The position numbers and the translations under genes were made by a program. Below, one piece after another: positions 11,382 through 22,000 of a DNA stretch of 32,000 nucleotides. The DNA lies in the sequence record NC_048074.1. The stretch is one strand, 5' to 3'. Below the pieces are notes generated by a model, which ran no database searches, was not told where the DNA came from, and was given only the letters and a program-made list of their open reading frames with translations. The stretch comes from Acinetobacter phage vB_AbaM_B09_Aci01-1. Positions within the stretch are counted from its first letter, which is position 1, and every line of letters starts with the position of its first letter.

Positions 11382-11456
11382 ATGCCATAATCTAAAGGGA
11401 CGAAGTACTGGATTGCAAACCCAGAATAGTGAGTTCGAGTCTCACATGGCATTCCA
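11382..11456 (+). tRNA. tRNA-Cys (anticodon GCA)
   Basis: Acceptor ATGCCAT/ATGGCAT. Anticodon stem CTGG/CCAG with loop TTGCAAA. T arm GTGAG-TTCGAGT-CTCAC. U73 (the Cys identity base in E. coli) then CCA. The D stem is weak. Confidence 0.7.
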
Positions 11457-11538
11457 AAATAAATCGGCATGGTGATCTAGCCTAGTATAGACCCAATGCG
11501 ACAGCCTTAGAGCTTACTAGTGGTATTAAACTTATAAT

Positions 11539-11618
11539 GTACAGGTAATGCAAATTGGTAAAGCTACGTGCCTTAGAAGCATGTGATTCTGTGGGTTCGA
11601 CTCCCACCCTGTATACCA
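11539..11618 (+). tRNA. tRNA with anticodon TAG (Leu) and an atypically short variable region
   Basis: Acceptor GTACAGG/CCTGTAT. Leu-like D loop AAATTGGTAAA. Anticodon arm CGTGC-CTTAGAA-GCATG. T arm GTGGG-TTCGACT-CCCAC. A73 then CCA. The variable region is only 7 nt. Confidence 0.6.
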
Positions 11619-11625
11619 AATTGAG

Positions 11626-11862
11626 GTGTCTATGTTAGATGATATTTTAGCTGAAGGTATTGAGAGTGTTGACTCTGTCGGCCTTGTCAATATTATGTTT
11701 AAGACATCTGAACGTAGTTATTGCTTAAACCTCCAAAGAAAATTTCTCATGCGTTTTGTTTTAAAGAATGATCTCGAATTAAATGACGAGTGGTTTGATA
11801 AGACTGAACAATTAAATGATTCTGATTACAGTAAATTAATTGAGGTTTTAAAATGTATGTAA
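11626..11862 (+). CDS. hypothetical protein
   Basis: GAGGTG RBS. 78 aa. Confidence 0.6.
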   Translation: MSMLDDILAEGIESVDSVGLVNIMFKTSERSYCLNLQRKFLMRFVLKNDLELNDEWFDKTEQLNDSDYSKLIEVLKCM

Positions 11863-12152
11863 TTCACTTTGCCCACCAAGTAGATGGACATAAGAGGTTT
11901 ATCGATCCTATCTTTATGGAAGCATTAGAACCTAATGACTTCTACGAAATTAGAAGCTGGTTCTTACGTATCACAAACTCTTTGTTTGGGTATAGTGAGG
12001 AAAAATCTTCAAAAACTCTTCTTGACATGATGGCTCCAGAGAACATCAAAATAAACACTTGGGTCAGCATTACAACACCAGATGATGTGTCTACATTACT
12101 CTACTGTATCCGTCAAGTTCCAGAAAAAGCTACATTCCCTAGAGGTGCATAA
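11853..12152 (+). CDS. hypothetical protein
   Basis: GAGG lies 7 nt upstream. It overlaps the previous stop by 10 nt. 99 aa. Confidence 0.6.
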   Translation: MYVIHFAHQVDGHKRFIDPIFMEALEPNDFYEIRSWFLRITNSLFGYSEEKSSKTLLDMMAPENIKINTWVSITTPDDVSTLLYCIRQVPEKATFPRGA

Positions 12153-12407
12153 TTGATTAAAAATAAACTTATTAAGTTTGGGGCATCATGGTGTGCTCCT
12201 TGTAAAGCTGCAAGTAAATTCCTTTCCCAATTTGATTCTGAAAAATATATAGAAGTAGATGTCACAAATGATGTCGAATTAGCAGAAAAATTCAGTGTCA
12301 AACAAATCCCTACATTCGTATTAGTGAATGCCAATGGAGATGAGATTGATAGATTCTCTTCATTCAATCCAGCTCTTGTCAAACAAGCAATTGAAAAGAT
12401 TAAGTAG
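12153..12407 (+). CDS. thioredoxin-like protein (short, 84 aa)
   Basis: Active-site FGASWCAPCK (a WCxPC motif), then KQIPTFVL, the cis-Pro region. A TTG start follows the previous TAA directly, with AGAGGTG upstream. Confidence 0.8.
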   Translation: MIKNKLIKFGASWCAPCKAASKFLSQFDSEKYIEVDVTNDVELAEKFSVKQIPTFVLVNANGDEIDRFSSFNPALVKQAIEKIK

Positions 12408-12419
12408 ATTTTTTACCTC

Positions 12420-12446
12420 AAAGCCCTTCCACGGGCTTTCTTTTTA
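12420..12446 (+). terminator. intrinsic terminator
   Basis: AAAGCCC (12420-12426) pairs with GGGCTTT (12433-12439), followed by CTTTTTAAATTTT. Confidence 0.6.
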
Positions 12447-12501
12447 AATTTTAAATGATGCAAATAATCCTGTTTGTATCCTTTAAAATTTAGGAGTCGA
12501 A

Positions 12502-12873
12502 ATGAGAAAGAAAAGTGGTAATGCTGATTTACTACGCATCTTCGATGATGAGTTAATTAGAAAAGCTGTAAAGAGGACTACCGAGATTTTGGAAGACCCT
12601 TTATCTAAGCGAACTGAAGTTCTAAATGCTGCTGACAAAATTATCAAATTCAAATTTGCTTTCCAAGACTCTGTCAGAAGACAAGCTCTTGACCAGATTG
12701 AATTTGAAAGCAGACAGTTAAAACTTGAAGAACAAAAGATTAAGATGGAATTGCTAAGGGGCGCTGCTGATCCAAATGCCAAACCTGAAGCGAGGACTGC
12801 TTACTCAGCTGTCTTTGATCCAAAAGATAAGCCAGAAGGGTATTACGACCCTGATCCTGACGAGGAGGACTAG
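12502..12873 (+). CDS. candidate small terminase subunit
   Basis: AGGAG RBS. 123 aa, helical and charged. Its stop abuts the TerL ATG (TAGATG). The assignment rests on position only. Confidence 0.4.
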   Translation: MRKKSGNADLLRIFDDELIRKAVKRTTEILEDPLSKRTEVLNAADKIIKFKFAFQDSVRRQALDQIEFESRQLKLEEQKIKMELLRGAADPNAKPEARTAYSAVFDPKDKPEGYYDPDPDEED

Positions 12874-14421
12874 ATGAGAACTCCTAAGAATAAGGTGACG
12901 GAAGTAACAACACCAGAAGCAAGAGATTTGTGCTTACCTAAGAGTAAAAAGCACTATGACTTTGTGTGGTCTGATGCAGATATCACAGTATTTGGTGGGG
13001 CAGCTGGTTCAGGTAAAACATGGCAAGGGTTGTGTAGATTTTTACAATTTGCAAATGAACCCCTCTACCGTGGATATGTAATTCGTAAAACACAGGCTTC
13101 TTTGAAGCTTGGTGCTTTTGATACTGCTATTCGATTGTTCTCTGCATGGGACCCAAGAGTTAAGATCAACCGTGTTGATATGACTATTAAGTTCCCATCT
13201 GGAGCAATCATCATCTTTAAAGGTCTTGATGGTCAAGCCTCTATTGAATATTTCCAAGGTCAAGAGATTTCAGGTGCGCTAGTCGATGAGGCTACACACA
13301 TTAAGTATGAAGAAATTTCTTGGTTAATGACTCGTTTACGTACAAACGCTGCTGTTAAACCTTCTGTATGGTTCACTTGTAACCCCGACCCTGACCACTT
13401 TATTGCTGAATGGGTTGATCCTTACTTGTACCCTAAAAACACGTATAAGACTATCAATGGTCACACTATCGACGTTGGTGGACGTGTTAATCCTAAAGGT
13501 AACGGCAGACTACGTTGGTATTACGTAATTGAAGGTCAGTGGTATTGGAGAGATTCAAGAGAGCAATTGATTGAAGACTTCAAACACCTAATCACAGACC
13601 CTAACCAAGTCCCTATGTCATTTAGGTTTATTGGTGCAACATGTGATGATAACCCAGTCTTATTAAGGGACCAACCAAACTACAAATCACAGCTACTTAA
13701 CAAAACCAAAGTTGAGGCTGAAAGACTTGTATATGGTAACTGGTACATCCGTGAGGAAGGTGCTGGTTATTGGAAACATCAATGGTGTAAGAAGATTACA
13801 AGATTCCCTACAGAAGATGATCCAGATGACAAGATTGATAAACGTGTACGCTGTTGGGATTTAGCCTATACAGAACCTCACGATGCCAACCCTGATCCTG
13901 ACTATACAGCCTCAGTGCTTATGGCTAGAACTAAGAAAGGTTATTACATCGTAGAGCACGTTATTCGAGCAAGACGAAGAGCAGGTTCATTATATAAATA
14001 CATCGTAGAGATTGCCAAGGAAGATTATGCCAATTATGGAATTATTGGACAATTCATCCCTGAAGACCCAGCTGCTGGTAAGTTAACATTCTCATTCATT
14101 AGAGATTTCTGCCGTCAAAAAGGTATCTTCATTAGTAAGGTTACAGGAAGTAAAAAGGCGAATAAGTTGGAACGTTTTAAGAACTTTGCAGCTGCCTCTG
14201 AAAACGGTTCTGTATACATTTACGATACTAAACACTTGAAGGGTGTGAAAATTCCTGACAGTGATGATGATAGAAACTGGAATGAATATTATTTCAATGA
14301 GTTAGAAGTTTTTGATGGAAGTAGTAACGTTAGACATGACGACATGGTCGATGCCACAAGTGATGCGTTCAACGTTTTATATAAGAGACGTAATATTCGA
14401 AAGAATGTGACGATGTTTTAA
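12874..14421 (+). CDS. terL: terminase large subunit
   Basis: Walker A GGAAGSGKT, Walker B-like ALVDEATH, and C-terminal nuclease-type acidic motifs (CWDLAYT, HDDMVDA). It lies immediately upstream of the portal gene. Confidence 0.85.
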   Translation: MRTPKNKVTEVTTPEARDLCLPKSKKHYDFVWSDADITVFGGAAGSGKTWQGLCRFLQFANEPLYRGYVIRKTQASLKLGAFDTAIRLFSAWDPRVKINRVDMTIKFPSGAIIIFKGLDGQASIEYFQGQEISGALVDEATHIKYEEISWLMTRLRTNAAVKPSVWFTCNPDPDHFIAEWVDPYLYPKNTYKTINGHTIDVGGRVNPKGNGRLRWYYVIEGQWYWRDSREQLIEDFKHLITDPNQVPMSFRFIGATCDDNPVLLRDQPNYKSQLLNKTKVEAERLVYGNWYIREEGAGYWKHQWCKKITRFPTEDDPDDKIDKRVRCWDLAYTEPHDANPDPDYTASVLMARTKKGYYIVEHVIRARRRAGSLYKYIVEIAKEDYANYGIIGQFIPEDPAAGKLTFSFIRDFCRQKGIFISKVTGSKKANKLERFKNFAAASENGSVYIYDTKHLKGVKIPDSDDDRNWNEYYFNELEVFDGSSNVRHDDMVDATSDAFNVLYKRRNIRKNVTMF

Positions 14422-14433
14422 AGGAGTCCTTAA

Positions 14434-15915
14434 ATGGCAGACAATACAAATAATGAGGATCGGAAATCAAAAGTTGCTAAATCTGTAAAACCTGAAATTG
14501 GTAGCTTAGGTATTTCAATCGATTTCCTAGCCATTTCTCGTGAAGCTATTAGGGACTTAACATTTCCATATTCTGTTTCAACTTTTGAAGAGATGTCACG
14601 TAGTGCTGTTATCGCAGCTACTTTAAGTGCTGTTAACACTATCGCAAGTAAGGTTGACTATTACGTTGCACCTTATGATGAATCTGACACACACAAAGCA
14701 CGAGCTAAATTCTTAGAGCAGTGCCTGTTCCAAGATATGGAGACTCCATTCAACCATGTGGTGCGTGATGCACTAACCATGACGAAATATGGTTTCTCCA
14801 TCCTTGAGAAAGTTTACCGCTTTAGACGTAAAAAGAAAGGTAGTAAGTTCAATGATGGTAAGGTTGGTATTAAATACCTTCCAATTCGCGCTCAGAGGTC
14901 CATTAGGAAGTTTATTTACGATGAAGGTAATAGGACACTACTTAAAGTAGAACAGGTCCCATACGGCGTTAGGCGCGTAAATTTGAGCACTAATCCTGTA
15001 TATATGGATAGAGATCGAATCTTACTTTTCAGAGTTAACCCAACAGGACTTTCACCTTACGGAAATAGCCCTTTAGCTGATGCTTACAAATCTTGGCGTG
15101 TTCTTGAGAGATTACAAGATATCGAGACAACAAGTGCTAACAGGAACTTAAATGGTATCCCTTACCTTAAAGCTCCTTCTGAGGTCCTAGAAGAGGACCC
15201 AGATGATCCAGAATCAGTTACACGTGTTCGTAAGATTAAGTCTGGTCTTAGCTCAATCAGTTCTGGTGAACAGAGCTATATTTCAGTTCCTTCAGATCGT
15301 TACGATGCGAGTGAGGGAGGTGCTGCTCAGTATGAATTTGGTCTAGTGTCAGGTTCAAGTTCACACCTTTCTGCATTGTCTGGAATCATTACTCGTTATA
15401 ACAATGAGACATTCCAAACTATGTGTGCAGATGTGTTGACATTAGACAATGGTCAAGGTGGTGGATCAACAAGCCTCACATCAAACAAACAAACAATGCT
15501 TGAGTCATTTGTTCAGGCACGTATCCAAGAGTTCTTAGAAACTCTTAATAATGACCTAATCCCTGATCTGTGGAGAAAGAATGGATGGGATGACACAAAA
15601 TGTCCTGTCATTAAACATGGTCGAATTGAGAAGATTTCATTAGAAGTTCTTGCTAAAGCGATTCAACAGTTAATGGCTACAAACTCTATTCCAATTACAG
15701 TTGAAAACATCAACTACATTATGGAAACGTTTGGATTCCCTACACGTCTTAAATCTGGCATGAGTATGAAAGAACTTAAAGATATTTTAGGTTTTGAAGA
15801 TCAAATGCAAAGTAGGTCAGGTGATGGGATGAAACGTGGCACAACTGGAAATGGTACAGCTAAAACTGTCCCTAAACAGGATGCTAACGCAGCAAACAGG
15901 AGTAAAGATAACTAA
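14434..15915 (+). CDS. portal protein
   Basis: 493 aa, between TerL and the prohead protease, with a GGAG RBS. The assignment rests on order and size. Confidence 0.7.
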   Translation: MADNTNNEDRKSKVAKSVKPEIGSLGISIDFLAISREAIRDLTFPYSVSTFEEMSRSAVIAATLSAVNTIASKVDYYVAPYDESDTHKARAKFLEQCLFQDMETPFNHVVRDALTMTKYGFSILEKVYRFRRKKKGSKFNDGKVGIKYLPIRAQRSIRKFIYDEGNRTLLKVEQVPYGVRRVNLSTNPVYMDRDRILLFRVNPTGLSPYGNSPLADAYKSWRVLERLQDIETTSANRNLNGIPYLKAPSEVLEEDPDDPESVTRVRKIKSGLSSISSGEQSYISVPSDRYDASEGGAAQYEFGLVSGSSSHLSALSGIITRYNNETFQTMCADVLTLDNGQGGGSTSLTSNKQTMLESFVQARIQEFLETLNNDLIPDLWRKNGWDDTKCPVIKHGRIEKISLEVLAKAIQQLMATNSIPITVENINYIMETFGFPTRLKSGMSMKELKDILGFEDQMQSRSGDGMKRGTTGNGTAKTVPKQDANAANRSKDN

Positions 15916-17264
15916 TGGATTTTTTACAATTCGCACAGTTACTCTTTGATAATCAACTACTTGCAAGTGAAGGTACAGTTCGTGATGTACTGACTAAGTA
16001 TCAACATGCTATGGCTCATGGCCCTGAGTATGTCGGATTAGTTAAACGTGAGTCTCTTAACACTATGTTAAATACTGAAGTGTTTAAGGGTTCTGATGGT
16101 ACACGTATCGGTATCCTTCCTGTCAAGGGAGCCTTGGTTTATGAAGAGACACAATGGGAAGCAATTTGTGGCATGACCTCTTATGAAGGTTTAGTCGCAA
16201 GAGCTGAAAAGATGATTCTCGAATTGGGAGCTGAACACATCATTTTGGAGTTGAACTCTGGTGGTGGTATGGCCTACGGCTGTTTTGAATCAGCTCAACA
16301 TGTAAGAAATTTAGCAGATAAACATAATGTCAAGATCACAGCTTATGTGGACGGAGTTGCCTTTTCTGGTGGCTACGCTTGGTGTTGTATTGCTGATGAA
16401 GTCGTCGTAAACCCAATGGGTAAAGTAGGTTCAATTGGTGTTGTTCTACCTCTCGTGAATACTTCTGAGATGGATAAGAAAGAAGGTATTGAGCGAATCT
16501 ACATCACAGCTGGTAAGAGTAAAGTACCTTTCGACAAGGATGGTAAGTTCACCAAGGAAGCTATTAGCGATATCCAAGCTAGTGTAAACGAGACTTATGC
16601 TATGTTCGTTGATCATGTCGCTGATATGAGAAAGATGAACCGTGACGATGTTATAGACACTGAAGCTAAGACATTTGGAACGAAGGAAGCTTTGAAGTTA
16701 GGTCTGATTGACCAAGTAATGACTAAAGAGCAATTTTATGAACATTTAGGAAATTTTAATGGAGACTCAAATATGAGTATTAAAGTAGAAGGCGAAAAAG
16801 TTAAGGTTGAAGGTGAATCATCTGTACATACAGCTCTGGTTGGTCAGATCAATGATCTTAAAGATCAAGTTACAGGCTTTCAAGGTCAGATCACAACTTT
16901 GACGGCAGATAAGGCCAAGTTAACTACAGATTTAGGTGTAGCTCAAGCTCGAATTACTGAATTAGAAGGTCAATTAGCCTCAGCCAATAAGTCAGCTGAA
17001 GAGGCTGTTCTAAAATCTCGTCAAGCTCGAATCTCAGCGTTCGTTTCTGATGAAGCTGTGCAAGAACATATGGACTTCGTTGAAGGATTTAGTGATGAGA
17101 AATTCGACAAATACGTAAGCCGTCTTGAGAAAGAGCAAGAGAAAGTTGAGAAGACTTTTGAAGAACAGGGACAAGGTGCGGATGCTGGTGATAAGCCAGA
17201 TGAAGTTATCTCAGTTCAAGAGCGTATGGTAACACGTATGCGTGAACGTAACAAAACTAAGTAA
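15915..17264 (+). CDS. prohead protease (S49/ClpP-fold) fused to a C-terminal coiled-coil scaffold
   Basis: LELNSGGGMAYG and AFSGGYAWCC resemble SppA/lambda gpC motifs. The C-terminal ~160 aa are heptad-rich (LTADKAKLTTDLGVAQARITELEGQLASANKSAEEA). The ATG overlaps the portal stop (TAATG). Confidence 0.75.
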   Translation: MDFLQFAQLLFDNQLLASEGTVRDVLTKYQHAMAHGPEYVGLVKRESLNTMLNTEVFKGSDGTRIGILPVKGALVYEETQWEAICGMTSYEGLVARAEKMILELGAEHIILELNSGGGMAYGCFESAQHVRNLADKHNVKITAYVDGVAFSGGYAWCCIADEVVVNPMGKVGSIGVVLPLVNTSEMDKKEGIERIYITAGKSKVPFDKDGKFTKEAISDIQASVNETYAMFVDHVADMRKMNRDDVIDTEAKTFGTKEALKLGLIDQVMTKEQFYEHLGNFNGDSNMSIKVEGEKVKVEGESSVHTALVGQINDLKDQVTGFQGQITTLTADKAKLTTDLGVAQARITELEGQLASANKSAEEAVLKSRQARISAFVSDEAVQEHMDFVEGFSDEKFDKYVSRLEKEQEKVEKTFEEQGQGADAGDKPDEVISVQERMVTRMRERNKTK

Positions 17265-17317
17265 TATTTAATTAATTTAAATATTTAATTTTCTTAATCA
17301 CATATAAGGATTTACTC

Positions 17318-17809
17318 ATGGAAAACTTACAACTTCAAAAATACTTCCCAACATACGGTGATGTATTCCAAGATGAACATGGCGTTGTGACAGGTTACAC
17401 ACGTAAAACAGTTAAGGTAACTGGTACTGCTGGTCAACAATTACTTATTGGTGATTTTATTGTATTAGATTCACCAACGGCTGAGACTGGTACGATTCCT
17501 GCTGACATTGCAGCTATTAAGGAAGCCCCTACACTAGCCATTTATGCTGGTAATGAAGCTTATCAAAACATGAATACAGACAACCCAAGTTACAACCATA
17601 ACGTTACCGACTTCGTTGAAGGACGTTTGGAACAGGAAGTTGTTGTTGTTTATCGTGGTATTACAAACGTTGCTGGTGGTAGCGTTAAGGGTACTACAAA
17701 GTGGTTCACAGGTCTTAAATTCCCTGCTGGAACAACAAAAGCTGATATTAAAGCTGTACATAACAAGCTTGAACTTCAAGGCATTCACATTTTACGTCAA
17801 GTACCTTAA
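17318..17809 (+). CDS. candidate head decoration protein
   Basis: 163 aa, between the protease-scaffold gene and the major capsid gene, as lambda D is. The assignment rests on position only. Confidence 0.35.
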   Translation: MENLQLQKYFPTYGDVFQDEHGVVTGYTRKTVKVTGTAGQQLLIGDFIVLDSPTAETGTIPADIAAIKEAPTLAIYAGNEAYQNMNTDNPSYNHNVTDFVEGRLEQEVVVVYRGITNVAGGSVKGTTKWFTGLKFPAGTTKADIKAVHNKLELQGIHILRQVP

Positions 17810-17867
17810 TCGGTACTTCGACTAAATAGAATTTGATTAATTATTTTAAATAAAGGAATTTTAAACT

Positions 17868-18965
17868 ATGGCTAGAGATATCATCAACCCTAAAGACACC
17901 ACAGCGATCATCCAATTAAATGACGTTATCGAAGAAATTCAAACTGGTGTCGGCTTCATCATGAACTCTGGGTTGTTTACCGAGGAACTGACTAGACGAG
18001 ACACAATCGTTGAAGAGATCAAGAAGCAAGATAAGCGCGGTATGCTTGGTTTAACGAGTCGTCGTGAACGAAATAAAGTTAAACAGACAAGACGTAAAAC
18101 AGAGCAATGGTCGATCCAAATCCCATACCAAGAAACAATCGAAGACGTGACTAAAGAGGACGTTTTCCAAGTTGCTAAGTCATGGGAAGATGCGACTGAA
18201 GAGCAAATCATGGATGTTTATGAGCGTAAGCTTATTCCTATGAAAGAGTCGATTGAAAATGCTCGTGAGTATTTATATTGGACTGCTGCTCAAGGTGTTA
18301 CACGTGATCCACGTGACGGTTCTGTTGTTCTTGACATGTTTGCTAAGACAGGTATCCAACGTAAGGTTATCGATGTTGACTTAACTGACATGACAATCAA
18401 CTTGTTAACTTGGATGGGTGAGTTCCGTAACCGTGTAACTCGTGACAACAAACGTGGTGGTACACAAGGTGTTATCGAAATCTTCGTTACACAAGAAGTA
18501 TTCACTAAGTTCGTACAGCATCCATCTGTGTTTGCTGCATACCAAATGGCTTACCAAGGCCGTGGTAAAGAGTACATCGACAATGTTGTTCGTCCATTTG
18601 GTACATTGAATCGTGGTCCATACGGTGACGTTTCTGAGTTCCAACATGACAACGTTCGCTTGGTGGTAGCTCCACAAACATTCATCCTTGAAGATAGCGA
18701 TATCTACGATGATGGTACTGTTGAGGAAGTTGATGCTGTTGAAGCTGGTACAGGTTTCGCAGTAGTACGTGGTGTACGTGATGCATTCCGTGCTTACTTC
18801 TCACAAAGCAATGACATGATCGATGGTGGTGCATTAGCTAAGACATATGCTTGGCGTTCAGAGATCAAAGATAATGCGTTCTTTGAAATGACTGCAAGTT
18901 CAGCTCCTATTGCATACACAACTGCTCCAGAGCTTTGCTACCAGTTCAAGTTCAAAACTGCTTAA
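17868..18965 (+). CDS. major capsid protein (lambda gpE-like by position and size)
   Basis: 365 aa. It follows the protease, scaffold and decoration genes and is followed by a strong terminator. Confidence 0.7.
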   Translation: MARDIINPKDTTAIIQLNDVIEEIQTGVGFIMNSGLFTEELTRRDTIVEEIKKQDKRGMLGLTSRRERNKVKQTRRKTEQWSIQIPYQETIEDVTKEDVFQVAKSWEDATEEQIMDVYERKLIPMKESIENAREYLYWTAAQGVTRDPRDGSVVLDMFAKTGIQRKVIDVDLTDMTINLLTWMGEFRNRVTRDNKRGGTQGVIEIFVTQEVFTKFVQHPSVFAAYQMAYQGRGKEYIDNVVRPFGTLNRGPYGDVSEFQHDNVRLVVAPQTFILEDSDIYDDGTVEEVDAVEAGTGFAVVRGVRDAFRAYFSQSNDMIDGGALAKTYAWRSEIKDNAFFEMTASSAPIAYTTAPELCYQFKFKTA

Positions 18966-18986
18966 TCCTTGATTGAGTAATCCTGT

Positions 18987-19018
18987 GAGGGGCCGATTTA
19001 GGTCCCTCCTATTTGTTT
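18987..19018 (+). terminator. intrinsic terminator after the capsid gene
   Basis: GAGGGGCC (18987-18994) pairs with GGTCCCTC (19001-19008), 8 bp including one G.U, followed by CTATTTGTTT. Confidence 0.6.
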
Positions 19019-19034
19019 GGAGTTTTTAATAACT

Positions 19035-22000
19035 ATGGATAATTTAGACAACGGTTTAGAGTTATTATCAGGTAGATTAGTAGTCTTATTTTTAACTTAT
19101 GATTTGGCTTTGAAAGCTTCTGCTAATTTTCCAGCTGGAACCAAAGTCAAAGTAACCAATGACCCAAACCCTGATTTAAATGGTGAATACACTTGGGATG
19201 GAACAAAGTTAGTAAAAACTACAAATAACACACTTGAGAAGGCTAAAGAGGAAGCTGAAAAGATTGTCAATGACAAAATAGACAATACTTTAACTAAAGA
19301 TAAGATTTTAGACCTTATCTCTGGTGAAATTACAGAAAGTGACTTAGATCAAAACTTAAGACAACGTATAGATGAGATTGAAAGTATTTCACCGATCATC
19401 GATAAGTTGAAGAAAGATGTGAAAAAATCTAAGGAAGAGGTGGATGAAAAAGTTTTCTTCTTAAATGTTGATTATCAGAATTTGAAAGAAGAAGTTCAGA
19501 ATATCCAACTCCAAGTAGATTTAGATTTCCAAGCGATTCAAGATCGTATTGATCAGATTCAAGCTGAAGTTGACGCTAAATGGCTTGAAGTTGACCAAAT
19601 TAGAGATGATTTAACAAAAGAAATTAATGATCGTGTTGCTGCTGTCCGTGAGGAAACAGAACAACGTATCGAAGATGTAAGAAAATTAAATGATGGTTTA
19701 ACTCAAGAGATCATTGATCGTAAAGATGGTGATCAGAAGTTATATGAAAACATCGAAAACTATAAAGTGTCAAATGATGATGCTCTTGCTAACGTAAGAG
19801 AGGAAGTCAGAGTTGCCGTAGATACTGCCAATGCTTCTGCTGAAAAAGTAGATTCTATGGATGCCAGAGTTAAGGTTGCAGAGGACAATGCTGGAACTGC
19901 TTTAGAAAACTCTGCTGCTGCTGTTAGTAAAGCCAATGCTGCTTCTGATTTAGCTAGTGCAACTGCTGGTCGTGTCGATAGTATGCAAGCTGATGTAGTC
20001 AAAGCTCTTGACGACTCTGGTACAGCTCTTACAAACTCTGCTACAGCTATTGAGCAATCACAGGTTGCTGTTGATAAAGCTAATGCTGCTGCTGAGTCTG
20101 TTACTGTACTTGAATCGAAGCTTAACAGCAAGAATGCTACATACAGACAAGATACTGCACCAACAAAAGACACACACCCAAATTTAACTGAAGGTGATCT
20201 ATGGATTAACCCTTCGGCTAACAATGAACAAAAACGCTGGAATGGTACTGACTGGGTTGACATCTCAGATGTTCGTGTAGGTCAGAATGCTACAGCTATC
20301 TCAGAGTTGAAAACCTCTGTAAAAGAGCAAGATGATAAAATCACTGCCGTTTCTGAGAAAGTAACGAGCCTTGAGGCAACGATAGGTGATATGGCTACCT
20401 CAGAGGCCCTTGAACAATTAAAGGGTACTGTAACTGAACAGGGTGACAAAATCGATGCCAATACAGAAAAGCTTGTAGCTCTTGAGACAACTGTAGGGAA
20501 GAATCAAGAAGCAAATGCTAAGGCTCTTCAAGATTTAACTACTCGAATCGAGAAAGATGAAGATGATATTAAGGCAAACACCTCAGCTATCACAGCATTG
20601 GATTCAACAGTAAATGCATCATTGAATGCAATCAACATCACAGCTGATATGAACCTTGAAAATGACTTGATATACTACAATAGTTCATCACAAAATGTTG
20701 TTAAGTCAATCTCTGAATCAGGTACAACAAGAAGGGTTTTAACTATTGGAGACAATAGTAGTGATGATATGGCTTGGATGTATCCAAAAGCCATGTTACC
20801 TTATGATCCAGATGTTATGTACAAGGTAAGAGCTAAATTAAGACGCTTATCTGGAGATGGTGCTGTTTACCTTGGATTAGTTGTTAAGAATAGTGATAAA
20901 ACCCAATTTGTTACTTCTAACAACATATTATCAGATAATGTTTCTAGTTCATCTTATTTTGCTGATGGAGTCATTCCTCCATTAAATGAGTGGGTTGAAT
21001 ATGAGTGGTATATTAAAGGTAGAGCTTCTTCTAGCGCTCTTCTTCCACCTACATACGGTGGCTTAGGAAACCCTATCCAAATGCAGAACGCTACTGGATA
21101 CATCACCCCTGTTTTTATTGCTAACTATTCAGGCTTATCTGGTGTTGTTGAACTTGCTTATATGGTATTAGAGAGAGCTGAAGCATACAAAGTTATTTCA
21201 GCAAATGCTAATGCGCTGACAAGTCTTAAAACAGATGTCCAGAAAAATACTGATGGCATTCAAGCAATGGGTGAGGCTATCACTAATGTTGAAGCTTCTA
21301 TCACAAATATGGATATTGGTGGACAAAACCATTGGACTATTTGGCCTATTGAACCAACACAATCTGATGCTGATAATCCTTACCTTTCTGTACAATGGTT
21401 AACCGAGAGTCAGGAATGGATTAGGACTACACTCACAAAGGATGTAAATTCTTACCATCACTCTTTTGATGGTTTGCTGATTGATCTGAGCTATCCTATC
21501 GTTATTGGTGAGTTATACACACTGACATTTGAGATGAGAGCTTCTAAGGCAATCACTATTGCAGCTACCACAATCAACTTTGGTACTAATGTCACTTATA
21601 CAGATAATAGCTTAACAACTGATACTGAATGGAAGACATACACAATCACATTCCCAACGAAAGGGACATTGACATCTAAGGCCAATCAAGCATTTGGTTT
21701 AACATTGCTTAAAGGTCATGGATGGACTACAAATGATTGGTATGAATTAAGACGTATCCAAATGCAAAAGGGTAACAAAGCTACTCGATACCAAAAAGCT
21801 CAAGCTGGACTGGTTGAAGGAATCAAAGCTAACTCTCAGGCATTTAATGGCTTAAAAGCTACTGTTGAACAGCAAGGTGAGGATATCAAGTCTCAAGGTC
21901 AAGCTATCACAGGGCTTAAGCAAGAAATTGCTGACAAAGCAAGTTCTCAAGCATTGTCAGAATTAAAGTCTACTGTCGAACAGCAAGGTGAGAGTATTCG

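Noticed and set aside
7251-11618. A possible CRISPR-like array suggested by regularly recurring GGTTCGAnTCC words.
   Set aside because: The recurring words are tRNA T arms. There are no identical direct repeats with unique spacers and no cas genes.
7251-11618. Group I introns interrupting tRNA genes.
   Set aside because: Every confidently folded tRNA is continuous. The long inserts lie between genes rather than within them, and I saw no recognisable intron core.
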